Source of the DNA: an uncultured Clostridia bacterium
GTDB taxonomy: Bacteria; Bacillota; Clostridia; TANB77; CAG-508
DNA length: 64,000 nt
Direction of reading: 5' to 3'
Assembly: GCA_934129745.1 (NCBI GenBank)
Contig: CAKOWZ010000010.1
Span: forward strand, 1,493-65,492
A model generated the notes under the pieces. The model did no database searches and was not told where the DNA came from. It was given only the letters and a program-made list of their open reading frames with translations. Made by a program: the position numbers and the translations under genes. Positions 51,991 to 61,583 of this stretch are shown here, in pieces (position 1 is the stretch's first letter; every line of letters begins with the position of its first letter).

Positions 51991-52624
51991 ATGATTGATA
52001 AATTTTGTGAATACATAACAAATAAAATTAGAAAAGAAATGCCAGAAGTTGATGATGAAAAAGCAGAAGTTATTAAATATGGTTTACAATTATTGTTTGG
52101 AGAGTTACCTAAATTATTTATTTTAGCTGGAATTGCATTAGTCTTAGGTGTATTTAAATGGACAATTATTACATTTGGATTAATGTTACCATATAGAATG
52201 TATTCAGGTGGTTTTCATTTAAAAACTCATATTGGTTGCATGATTCGGAACTTCAATAATGTATATAGGAAATGCATTTATGAGTCAATATATTCAAATG
52301 TCTATATTTCCAAAAATAATTATGGGAGTGTGTATATGGCTTTTTGCAATAATTATGATTAATAAATATGCTCCTGCTGATACAGAAAATGTGCCTGTTA
52401 TTTCTAAAAAAGAAAGAAGAAAAAGAAAAATTGTTTCTTATATTATAGCAACAATAATGATAATAGCTGGAGAATTTGTGCAAAATCAAATAATTTCAAA
52501 TATCTTGATTTTTGGAGTTTTATTTCAAACAATTACAATTACAAGAATCGCATATAAATTAACAAAAAATAAATATGGATATGAGGAATATTGGAAACAA
52601 CAAAATATTGCTAATGGAGTGTAG
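51991..52624 (+). pseudogene. agrB: accessory gene regulator B (AgrB, AgrD-processing membrane peptidase) with an apparent frameshift near 52241-52246
   Basis: AgrB-family features are YGLQLLFGELPKLFIL, RMYSGGFHLKTH (catalytic His region) and the C-terminal basic stretch KKERRKRK. The reading frame switches between ORF 51991-52362 and ORF 52259-52624. Frame 2 opens after a TGA at 52241-52243. Confidence 0.6.
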
Positions 52625-52744
52625 AAAATGTTTTTTGAAATTCTATAAAATATTTTGATATTAAAATGTTTGATAATTATAACATTATATACCGGTTATA
52701 ATGTTTGATTATATATATATAATTATTTAAGGGGGAGTTATAAT

Positions 52745-52864
52745 ATGTTAAAATTTTTATCTAAAATAGCTGAAAAATATGCAAAATCTACAAATACTGC
52801 TTGTGTATGGTGGGGATTAATTCACCAACCAAAAATGCCTAAATCATTAATAAAAAAAGACTAA
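52745..52864 (+). CDS. agrD: AgrD autoinducing-peptide precursor (39 aa)
   Basis: MLKFLSKIAEKYAKSTNTACVWWGLIHQPKMPKSLIKKD has an N-terminal amphipathic helix, a single Cys, then HQP...PKSL, as in clostridial AgrD propeptides. GGGGGAG RBS 6-7 nt upstream. Directly downstream of agrB. Absent from the ORF track because of its size. Confidence 0.6.
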   Translation: MLKFLSKIAEKYAKSTNTACVWWGLIHQPKMPKSLIKKD

Positions 52865-52928
52865 TTAATATAAAAAAATATATATAAAATAAAAGAAACC
52901 CAACTCAGTATAAGTTGGATTTCTTTAA

Positions 52929-54287
52929 TTACTTATAATAAATTATTAATTCTTGTTTAAAGAAATCATCATTTTTGCTTGTATCTAATATAATATTATT
53001 ATGTCTTTTTATAATTTTAGATACTTGCCATAATCCAATACCATGAGATTCTTTATTTTGTGTTTTGGAAGTATATCCTTTTTCAAATAATTTATTTATA
53101 TTTATGTCCTTGTCCTCATATGTGTTTTCAATTGAAAGTAATTGATATTTTTTAGGTTTGACATCTGTAATTTCTATATTAATTATTTTTTTATCACACT
53201 TTGAAGAGGCTTCAATAGCATTATCCAATAAAATACCAAGGATTCTGCAAAATTCATAAACATCTAATTTTAAATTATTAAGATTTATGAAAACTTGAAG
53301 ATTTATAGTAATGCCTAATTCATCTGCTTTGTAATATTTTGTGGCTAATATATTGTAAATGGCAGGATTGTTTATAATTTTAGGGTTAAGTGTAGAGAGA
53401 TTGTTATTTATATGACACTCAGCAATTATTTTGTTGTAATAATCCTCTAAACCTTTCATATTTTTTGAATAAATATATCCACCTAAAGCAGTAATAATAT
53501 TAGAAAAATCATGCTTAAAAGCTCTAACATTATTATACAGCAATTCCAAACTTTTATTATGCAATTCAGATTGTTTTAAATTATTTTGTGTAATATCTAA
53601 GTTAATAGTTTTTATAATACTAAAAATACTTACAATAGAATATGTTATTAATGTAATTAAACTAATTAATGTTATATAAGGTGGTAATTCTTTATAATAA
53701 AAAGCAAATAAATAAAATTGTATAGCTATCAAGAAAATTACAAAAACTAAATTTATAGTTAATAATTTAATCTTAGAAGAACTAAATTGATGAATTACCG
53801 GAATTTTGTTTTTAACTTTTTTAACCAATAAGGAAAGCAAAAATATTGTTGTATAAATTAAAAGCATAGCAGGAATTCTATATATAATTATATACTGAAA
53901 ATCTAAAAATGCTTTCTTAAATAAAATAAAACAGATTTGTGAATAGATACTTTCAATAACAACTATAATAAGCATTGAAATGATTTCAGCTATTATAGAT
54001 TTTAAATATGATGTTTTAAAAATTAATTTAATAACCACAAATGTTAAAATTAATGATATGTATATTGAAAATTCATTCGGAATAAAAAATGTTAGTAAAA
54101 TTGAAAGAATTTCCATAACAAATATATAAGTAATTTTCTGTTTTTTAGTAGCACTAATATCTAAAATAGTTGTAAAAAAATTCATAACAACATAATTTTC
54201 AATAAAAGCTAAAAATATAGAGATATAACGCATTAAATATTCATCTTCAGTATTAACAATGTTCCACAAATGATGCAAAAAATCCAT
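52929..54287 (-). CDS. AgrC-like (HPK10-type) membrane sensor histidine kinase
   Basis: About 6-7 N-terminal TM helices. H-box RAFKHDFSNIITAL. GHKL ATPase N-box LGILLDNAIEAS. Likely start at M 54287 (MDFLHHLW). Confidence 0.7.
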   Translation of the reverse strand: MDFLHHLWNIVNTEDEYLMRYISIFLAFIENYVVMNFFTTILDISATKKQKITYIFVMEILSILLTFFIPNEFSIYISLILTFVVIKLIFKTSYLKSIIAEIISMLIIVVIESIYSQICFILFKKAFLDFQYIIIYRIPAMLLIYTTIFLLSLLVKKVKNKIPVIHQFSSSKIKLLTINLVFVIFLIAIQFYLFAFYYKELPPYITLISLITLITYSIVSIFSIIKTINLDITQNNLKQSELHNKSLELLYNNVRAFKHDFSNIITALGGYIYSKNMKGLEDYYNKIIAECHINNNLSTLNPKIINNPAIYNILATKYYKADELGITINLQVFINLNNLKLDVYEFCRILGILLDNAIEASSKCDKKIINIEITDVKPKKYQLLSIENTYEDKDININKLFEKGYTSKTQNKESHGIGLWQVSKIIKRHNNIILDTSKNDDFFKQELIIYYK

Positions 54288-54295
54288 AAAAAATT

Positions 54296-54988
54296 CTAAC
54301 CTCCTGTAAATAAATTTTCGAAATTTGGACCAATAGGACAATTCATATTTTCATTTTCATTAAAGAAAATGGTATTATTGGACTTAATATGAGAGATTTG
54401 GTTAAGATTTACAACATATGATTTATGACATCTAACAAAATTTTTGGGTAAATGTTCTAAAATATCAGAAAAAGAAGAATTAATTGAAAAATCATTTCCT
54501 TTAGTTTTAAAGATAGCTTTTTTTCCTTGTTTTTGAATAAAATATATATTATTAGAATTAATATATCCTGAATTTTTATTGAATCTTAAAAAATTATTAT
54601 CACTACAAGAAATATCATCAAATAAACGAATAACAGTTTCTTCTAGTCTTTCTAAAGTGACAGGCTTGGCTAAAAAGTCAAAAGTTCTATATTTGTATGC
54701 AACCATTGAGTACTCTAAATGAGCAGTTGTAAACATAATATAAACTTTTCTGTTCCTTTTTCTTATTATATTGGCTAAGTCCATCCCAGATACAGCTGAT
54801 TTTAAATCAATATCAAGGATAACAACATCAAATAAATTAGTTTCAGTGTATGTAAGTAGTTCATTTGGTTTTGAAGTTGTAAATACAATTTGACCAGATA
54901 AATTATCGTTTATAAAAATTGACTCTAGCATTCTTTCCATTCTTTTTAAAGTACTTTGATTATCATCACACATTATAAAATTTAACAC
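54296..54988 (-). CDS. LytTR-family response regulator (AgrA-like)
   Basis: Receiver domain (FIMCDDNQ...VVILDIDL) plus C-terminal LytTR DNA-binding domain (FVRCHKSYVVNLNQI). GTG start at 54988 lies 8 nt after AGGAG. The ORF-track start at 55105 is an over-extension. Confidence 0.7.
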   Translation of the reverse strand: MLNFIMCDDNQSTLKRMERMLESIFINDNLSGQIVFTTSKPNELLTYTETNLFDVVILDIDLKSAVSGMDLANIIRKRNRKVYIMFTTAHLEYSMVAYKYRTFDFLAKPVTLERLEETVIRLFDDISCSDNNFLRFNKNSGYINSNNIYFIQKQGKKAIFKTKGNDFSINSSFSDILEHLPKNFVRCHKSYVVNLNQISHIKSNNTIFFNENENMNCPIGPNFENLFTGG

Positions 54989-55345
54989 AGTATCAGCTCC
55001 TATAATTATAAAAAATGTATAAAACATAAAAATAGTCAATGTAAAATAAAGTTTTGCTTTTGTTTCAATTGTAAAAAATATACTAAATTTTTTGTCAAAA
55101 GTCAACGAAAATTGGAAAAATTTGGAAAATAATTTTACATAATGTAAATGTTTACAGATATGTTAACATAAAACGAAACAAATATTTTCAAAATGAAAAC
55201 AATAAAACAAATTAATGTTATGAATCTTTGTTATATAGTAAAGTTACATAATTAAAACTAAAAAATATTTGACAAGATTACAGAATAAAGTATAAAATAA
55301 AAGAAGAATAATTTAGTGAGAATAATAGATTTATAAAAGGAGAAA

Positions 55346-56509
55346 ATGAAAATGAATGAAGAAAATATTGTTATGCCAAATTATGAACATTGTATTTTAG
55401 GAACAATTAATTCTATTTTAAAATATTATAATGTGGATATTAAGCATAAAAGTTCAGAAAGAATTGATAAAATATTAAGTGAAAAAAAATACAAAAATGT
55501 AGTGTTATTGATATTAGATGGAATGGGTGATATTGTATTAAAAAACATTGATGAAAATGGATATTTTAGACAAAATCAAATTGATGTTATTACAAGTGTA
55601 TATCCATCAACAACAACAGCAGCACTAACAACATATTATTCAGGAAAACCACCATTTGAAACTGGATGGATTGCATGGTCTCAATATTTTAAAGAATATG
55701 GAAGAAATATTGATATGTTATCTCATCTACAATCATTAACAGGATTAAGTATAAAAAATGCTAGGTTAGATGTATTTAAAGATGTGGTAAATTATAAAAC
55801 AATTTTCAATCAAATTGAAGAAGCTTCAAAAACAGTAAAAGCATATGAAATAATGCCTTCATATTCTGACAGAAGAGCTAAAAGAACAATTAAAGCTGAT
55901 ACTGTAGATGAAATTACTGAAAATATAAAATTGCTTTGTTCAAATGATGATAATAAATTTATAATGGCTTATTGTGATAATCCTGATGGTTTATTACATA
56001 AATATGGAACAAAATCTGATGAAGTAAGGGAATTTATTATTGAAACTGAGAAAAAAATAAAAGAGATGTGTGATGATTTAAATGAAGATACTATTGTAAT
56101 TATATCAGCTGATCATGGTCATAAGGATATTGAAAAAGCTTATTCTATATTAGATTATCCAGTATTACAAAATTGTTTATTAATTCCACCATCATTGGAA
56201 TCTAGATGTGTAACTTTTTGGGTTAAAGAAAATATGAGACCAGAATTTGAAAAAGAGTTTAGAAAACAATTTAATGATGAATTTGTGTTAATGTCTAAAA
56301 AAGAATTTTTAGAAAAAAATATGCTTGGATTTGGAAACATGCATAATAAGATTGATGATTTTTTGGGTGATTATATTGCAGTATCAATTTCAGGTAGTAT
56401 AATTGTATTAGAAAATTATTTAGAAAAAGGAAAATCTATGAAAAAATCAACACATTGTGGACTTACAAAAGATGAAATGGAAGTTCCAGTTATAGTATTA
56501 AAAAAATAA
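55346..56509 (+). CDS. alkaline-phosphatase-superfamily protein (type I phosphodiesterase / nucleotide pyrophosphatase-like)
   Basis: Metal-site motifs LLILDGMGD...SVYPSTTT(A) (nucleophile region) and ISADHGH. Confidence 0.6.
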   Translation: MKMNEENIVMPNYEHCILGTINSILKYYNVDIKHKSSERIDKILSEKKYKNVVLLILDGMGDIVLKNIDENGYFRQNQIDVITSVYPSTTTAALTTYYSGKPPFETGWIAWSQYFKEYGRNIDMLSHLQSLTGLSIKNARLDVFKDVVNYKTIFNQIEEASKTVKAYEIMPSYSDRRAKRTIKADTVDEITENIKLLCSNDDNKFIMAYCDNPDGLLHKYGTKSDEVREFIIETEKKIKEMCDDLNEDTIVIISADHGHKDIEKAYSILDYPVLQNCLLIPPSLESRCVTFWVKENMRPEFEKEFRKQFNDEFVLMSKKEFLEKNMLGFGNMHNKIDDFLGDYIAVSISGSIIVLENYLEKGKSMKKSTHCGLTKDEMEVPVIVLKK

Positions 56510-56522
56510 CAGATATGAAAAA

Positions 56523-56546
56523 ACACCGAGAGTTTCTCGGTGTTTT
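56523..56546. terminator. bidirectional rho-independent terminator
   Basis: CACCGAGA-GTT-TCTCGGTG followed by T5. Lies between convergent genes. Confidence 0.7.
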
Positions 56547-56555
56547 TAAGTGGGG

Positions 56556-56786
56556 TTAATCATCAAATCGTATTGACAAACGATCTAGATGACTGAACTT
56601 ATCAAAGTTTTGCTTACAAAATGAACGGAATTTATGTGCAATTTCATCCATTCTGATTCTCATTGGGTAATTTCTCCAATTATAAAAGAGCTCGCTATCA
56701 AAGAAATCATCAATTTCTTTTTGTGGCATGTCTGAAATCAAGGATTTGCAGGTTGTTAAAAGAGTGTTTCTATCATGTTTTTGCAT
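56556..56786 (-). CDS. hypothetical 76-aa protein (possibly 3' part of a disrupted gene)
   Basis: ORF in a GC-richer block immediately downstream of the HIT-like gene. No family recognised. Confidence 0.25.
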   Translation of the reverse strand: MQKHDRNTLLTTCKSLISDMPQKEIDDFFDSELFYNWRNYPMRIRMDEIAHKFRSFCKQNFDKFSHLDRLSIRFDD

Positions 56787-56852
56787 CCAATGAGCTAATA
56801 CCTGACGAGGATGTTGCCGTGGATAGTAATCTCTTTTATCACATGAGATATA

Positions 56853-57665
56853 CTAGTTATCTTCTTGATCAACATACAACATATAAGGGTGTTCATTATA
56901 ATCCAAAAGACTGTCTTTTGATATGAGCTGTGGGGTAAGACCACTGGATTGAACTTCTTCCAAAATTGACATATTTGTACAGGCTAGATGAAAATGAGCA
57001 TGTACAATACTGGTTTTATGTTTTCCAGCTCCAGTTTTTCCAGAACCACATTCAAATCCAAATACCTTTTTGCCATATATGCAAGATAGAATTGAAGAGA
57101 TGTTAGAATAAATAATGAAAAACTCATCTAATTCAATCATATTAAGATTGGCAAAAGACATTACATGTCGTTTAGGAACAATCATTATATAGCCTTCATA
57201 AAATGCTCCTGTTCCTGGAACTACAAAAAAATTGTCTGTTTCATATAAAATGTGTTCAGGGTAATCAGATTGTTTATTAAGGATTTTACAGATTAAACAT
57301 TCTGATTTTGGCTGAATATAGCCTGAATCTGTAGAAACACTGACATGGTCTCCTGTGTCAATTCCATGAATAGCTAGCAATTTTGGAAAATCTTCTAAAA
57401 TGCTTTGACATGATAACATCATTTTTTCTGTGGATGTTGTGAATGATGATAATTGAAGCACTATAGGAGAAAATTTGCTTAAATTGAGTTCTGTTTTTGT
57501 TGAAAAATATACAGCATTTTTGTTAAAATGATATACATTTTTCAATGTAGAGTGAGTTACATTCCGGATTATTGTAACAGCCTTAAATCCTTTGATGATT
57601 TCTTGAGCTTTTACAATGTTCATAGTATCTCCTATTATTACAATTAACCGCTGAGTTTTTAGCAT
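56853..57665 (-). CDS. HIT-superfamily-like protein with N-terminal extension
   Basis: The C-terminal half has the CLICKIL...FVVPGTGAF...IVPKRH...HAHFHL pattern, resembling the HIT histidine-triad fold (HxHxHx). GC-richer than its surroundings. Confidence 0.45.
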   Translation of the reverse strand: MLKTQRLIVIIGDTMNIVKAQEIIKGFKAVTIIRNVTHSTLKNVYHFNKNAVYFSTKTELNLSKFSPIVLQLSSFTTSTEKMMLSCQSILEDFPKLLAIHGIDTGDHVSVSTDSGYIQPKSECLICKILNKQSDYPEHILYETDNFFVVPGTGAFYEGYIMIVPKRHVMSFANLNMIELDEFFIIYSNISSILSCIYGKKVFGFECGSGKTGAGKHKTSIVHAHFHLACTNMSILEEVQSSGLTPQLISKDSLLDYNEHPYMLYVDQEDN

Positions 57666-57841
57666 AAGTATGCTCCCCTTTCAAAAAATAGAATAATATT
57701 ATTATATCATTTTTTGGGGGAAAAGTAAATAGATTAAGCGAAAATGGTGCATTTTGGACGGTTCTAAAAAATATCTTCAAATTTAACATATAATTTATAC
57801 ACAAATAATATAAATAGAAATAAAAGTAGGAGATATTTGAT

Positions 57842-58033
57842 ATGAATTTTAACAAAAAAAGTCTTTTACATATATTTACATTGTTTTTTGTTTTTATATT
57901 TATTTTTTCAATTGTTATAAATAATGATTTAAAAAATGAAATATTATTAACAAATAAAAAAATGATTGATGATGGTCATATTGTTGGAAATTATACACCT
58001 AAATTCTTAATGTTTGGAATTAAAAATGTATAA
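57842..58033 (+). pseudogene. polysaccharide deacetylase (NodB) gene remnant, copy 1, with ~290-bp internal deletion
   Basis: Identical signal-anchor N-terminus to 60904-61371 (MNFNKKSLLHIFTL...). It then jumps directly to the MIDDGHIVGN block. Confidence 0.6.
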
Positions 58034-58217
58034 AAGAATGGGGTAAATAGCCTATTATAGCAATTCGAATTTACTTTAAGAACATAATTACAAGTAAAGG
58101 TTATTAATTATTTGCAAAAACAGATTGGTTAAAATTTGCAATAAACATAGAAAGACTAAGAAAAAGAGGTCTGATATTTCTATCAGACCAATATCAAAAA
58201 GTTCATATTTCATCATT

Positions 58218-58460
58218 TCATTTAAAGAGAATAATTTCTGCTTTATCCCCCCAGTCAGCATCAATTGATGAAGTATTATAGTGCAATTTGGAAGTATACT
58301 GTAACAATTTTATTAAGTCACTTCCTGTAAAGTTTTTAAGCATGTACGTGTAATTAACATACATATTATTTTCAATAATCTTTATTGAAAATGCCCGTCC
58401 AAGTTCTGCACCATTATTGTGGATAGCAGAAATCATCTCATGAATGGATTTATATTCCAT
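58218..58460 (-). CDS. hypothetical 80-aa protein
   Basis: ORF with a GGAGG-like RBS in the reverse complement. No family recognised. Confidence 0.3.
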   Translation of the reverse strand: MEYKSIHEMISAIHNNGAELGRAFSIKIIENNMYVNYTYMLKNFTGSDLIKLLQYTSKLHYNTSSIDADWGDKAEIILFK

Positions 58461-58792
58461 ACAATACCTCCTAATATAGTCGATAAGTAGTTGTTTATGT
58501 GCTTTTGATATTGTTAGTGTCTGACCACAAAATTATTTGATTAATTTCACACTAACTTATATGATAAAACCAGTTTATCAACTTGGATTATTTGTTATAT
58601 TATCACATTTATATATAATTGTAAATTACTTATAGAAAATTTATTGAAAAAGGTTATATTTATATGCATTATAAACATTAAAATACATTGATAATTTGTG
58701 CTTTTATATAAATTTGAAAATTGGGTAGCTAAAAAGAGTAAAATACGTTATACTATTTATGATAAGTTTAATAAATAAGGAGAATTAAGATT

Positions 58793-59068
58793 ATGGTTTA
58801 TGAATTTGCAAAATATCCTGATGAAACATTAGTTGTTTTTCAGATATAAGAAAAAAAGAAAATGGAGAAGAATATATTCATGTAACTTTTGAAAGACCAA
58901 TGGATTATGGATTTGATACTGTTGTTTTTGAGCTTCCAAGTTATGAAATAGTAGAAAAAGATGGCCATTTTTCTGATGAAGAAATAAAAGAATTTAGAGA
59001 AACAGTAGAAAAAGGAGCACATTTATTTTTTAAATATGCAAGACAAGGAGGTCTTAAATTTGCCTAAT
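58793..59068 (+). pseudogene. paralogue of the 91-aa gene at 61851-62126, disrupted by 1-nt deletion (premature TAA at 58847-58849)
   Basis: MVYEFAKYPDETLVVFQI* in frame. The rest of the gene, ...EYIHVTFERPMDYGFD...GGLKFA*, stays open in the -1 frame and aligns along its length with the intact copy. Confidence 0.6.
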
Positions 59069-59336
59069 ATTTTAGAAATAATGAGGATATAAAATATATT
59101 TTTGGTCAAATGAAATTAATGAACCAATACATGTTCATATTTCAAAAGGTAAACCAACACCACATTCAACAAAAGTTTGGCTTACAAAAGCTGGTGGATG
59201 CATTTTATCTAATAATAGTCGTATTCCTCAAAGGGAGTTAAATAGTTTACTTGAAATTGTAGCATTATATTATTTAAAAATAGTCTCAAAATGGAAAGAA
59301 AAATATGGAGAGGATGCAGTGAAATTTTATTGTTAG
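59060..59336 (+). CDS. DUF4160-like protein, copy 1; requires a +1 frame change after codon 8
   Basis: TTG 59060 lies 8 nt after AAGGAGG. Frame 0 reads LPNILEIM, then AGG-ATA-TAA. Frame +1 from 59085 reads GYKIYFWSNEINEPIHVHISKG... to TAG 59334-59336. The joined product matches the DUF4160 N-terminal pattern MPxISxFFGIxIxMYxxDHxPPHxH. The downstream frame contains no Met. Confidence 0.5.
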
Positions 59337-59651
59337 TAAAAAATGGTTAATAATTCAAGACGGTCTGTAATGTATTTCTTCTGAACTTTTTTGCTAAAAG
59401 CAGAGAACTAGAAAACTTGTCTTTTTAAGTGCTTAAGTGAGACACTTTATAGCACTTTCCTGCTATTAGAAATGTTTGTTTTAATAACGAATGTGTTAAA
59501 TTTTATATTGAATAGGATTATATAAAAGTTATTAAACAAAATAGTAATTTGCAAAAATTAACATAAAGTGGTATAATTAAAGTGTATTCGGAAGGATGCA
59601 CTTTATTCGTTCGGCAAAAAATTAAATTTGATTTTTTAGGAGGAAACAATT

Positions 59652-60578
59652 ATGAACAAAGCAACGGCTAAGAACGAAATTCAGGTGGTACTTCAGGAGT
59701 ACCTGGGAAACAGAAAGGCAGCGAAGGTAGCTGAAACAGTGTACGCGGTAAAAGAAACACAGCACACACACAACGGAAAGAAGTTCTTTATCAATGAAGA
59801 TTCTAATGGAGCACTTGTGCTTACAATGGAGTCTATGGTAAAGGAACAGATGGAAAAAATCTTGACTCAGTATCTTGAAAAAGATGAGGTTCAGGAGTGT
59901 CTTCAGCAACTGATGGTAGGAGGCATTTCAACTGAAACAGCGTCGACTGTGGGGTTTGAAACCATTACGGTTGAAGGCTCTGATAGTCAGATTTACTTTG
60001 ACATGTTGAAATATACTCCGGCTAGTAAAACTGAAAAGAAATTCTTGGAGTTCCTTAAGGAAGCAGTTGATGCTGGAGTAAAAACCTTTAAGGTTCCAGT
60101 GTGCGATCCGTCGATTGATGAAAATGGTTCTCTTCATTTTGTTGCAGGTTGTAAGCCTGCAGAAGGTTATTCCTATAATGAGCTGAAAGAACTTGCAATC
60201 AACAATGGCGTACAGCTGGGGTCTAAAAATCAGTATATACTCTTCTTGGCAACAATTATTCATCGTTTGGTTAAAGAAGGTTGGTCTAAGGCAGACGCTT
60301 TTTATGCAGTATGCACAAATTCAACCAAATTAGGACATTACTGGAATTCTGAAAAAGCCAGACACAATCTTGAGGTAACTGGTTCAAGAAAGATTGCAGG
60401 TAAATGTGATTTGATTAATACCTACAAGATTTTGAGAAACGACGAAAAAGCTGGTGGTTTCTGGGTTGCTGGTGGTGACTACCGTTTCAATGGTGTCGAC
60501 TGTCCGCTCGCCGACCTTTGCCTTAACAACAACTATGTTGGTCATTGCAACAATAGTGTTGGTTGGTTTGTGCTTTAA
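59652..60578 (+). CDS. hypothetical protein with strongly atypical (GC-richer) composition and Cys-rich C-terminus
   Basis: 308-aa ORF with a GGAGGA RBS. GC is clearly above the local background. No family recognised. Confidence 0.45.
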   Translation: MNKATAKNEIQVVLQEYLGNRKAAKVAETVYAVKETQHTHNGKKFFINEDSNGALVLTMESMVKEQMEKILTQYLEKDEVQECLQQLMVGGISTETASTVGFETITVEGSDSQIYFDMLKYTPASKTEKKFLEFLKEAVDAGVKTFKVPVCDPSIDENGSLHFVAGCKPAEGYSYNELKELAINNGVQLGSKNQYILFLATIIHRLVKEGWSKADAFYAVCTNSTKLGHYWNSEKARHNLEVTGSRKIAGKCDLINTYKILRNDEKAGGFWVAGGDYRFNGVDCPLADLCLNNNYVGHCNNSVGWFVL

Positions 60579-60903
60579 GTAGCACTGTCCACTGATACTA
60601 CACCTGAACCGATAGAGCTCTCTAATTTAGGGGGCTCTATTTCGCTATATAGAGTAAAAAATCAAAAAGCATATTATTATTTATAAACATGTTAACAATA
60701 TTAATAAAATTGCCGAGAACTGAAAAATTTAGCATTGGAACAGAAATAAAAACAAGCATGTATGAAATGTTAAAATATATTATTTTATCAAGTAAAGTTG
60801 AAAAAGGAAAATTAAAGATAGGAAATTATTAAATATCTTCAAATTTAACATATAATTTATACATAAATAATATAAATAGAAATAAAAGTAGGAGGTATTT
60901 GAT

Positions 60904-61371
60904 ATGAATTTTAACAAAAAAAGTCTTTTACATATATTTACACTGGTTTTTGTTTTCATATTTATTTTTTCAATTGTTATAAATAATGATTTAAAAAATG
61001 AAATATTATTAACAAATGGTAAACAACAGTTAAGTAATAAAAAAATATGTTGGGGGATAAAAAGGTCTGATAATCATGAACAACCAGATGTTGGTTCTGC
61101 AAATAAAAAAATATTAGATGATTATAATGGGATATGTCTTGGAAATAATCAATCCAAAAAAATTTATTTGACTTTTGATGCAGGATATGAGGCTGGATAT
61201 ATGGAAAAAATTCTTGAGGTGTTAAAACAAAATAATGTTAAAGCATGTTTTTTTATTACTGCACATTATTTAAATACACAACCTGAATTGGTTAAAGAAA
61301 TGATTGATGATGGTCATATTGTTGGAAACCATGCACCTAACTACTTAATGTCCGGAGTTTATGAAATATAA
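60904..61371 (+). pseudogene. polysaccharide deacetylase (NodB homology) gene, copy 2, truncated after ~155 aa
   Basis: NodB motif 1 (TFDAGYE) and part of motif 2 (GHIVGNHAPNY) are present. The third catalytic motif is missing and the ORF ends prematurely. Confidence 0.55.
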
Positions 61372-61491
61372 AAAATTGAGGTAAATAGTCTATGATAGTG
61401 ATTAAAATTTACTTTCAGACCAGCAAACTATAAAATGTGGGTATGAAAGTAAATTTTTTATTATATATAGTAATAAATATGATTTGATATA

Positions 61492-61583
61492 AAAGTGCAG
61501 GATAAAGTGCAGAATAAAATATAGAATAAAATATAGAATAAAATATAGAATAAAGTATAGAATAAAGTATAGAATAAAATAAT
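61492..61583. repeat. tandem 12-bp repeat (GAATAAAATATA / GAATAAAGTATA) x ~8
   Basis: Consecutive 12-mers visible directly in the sequence. Confidence 0.85.

Noticed and set aside
52253-52489. 78-aa minus-strand ORF overlapping agrB
   Set aside because: Antisense to agrB homology. His/Tyr/Asn-rich low-complexity artefact.
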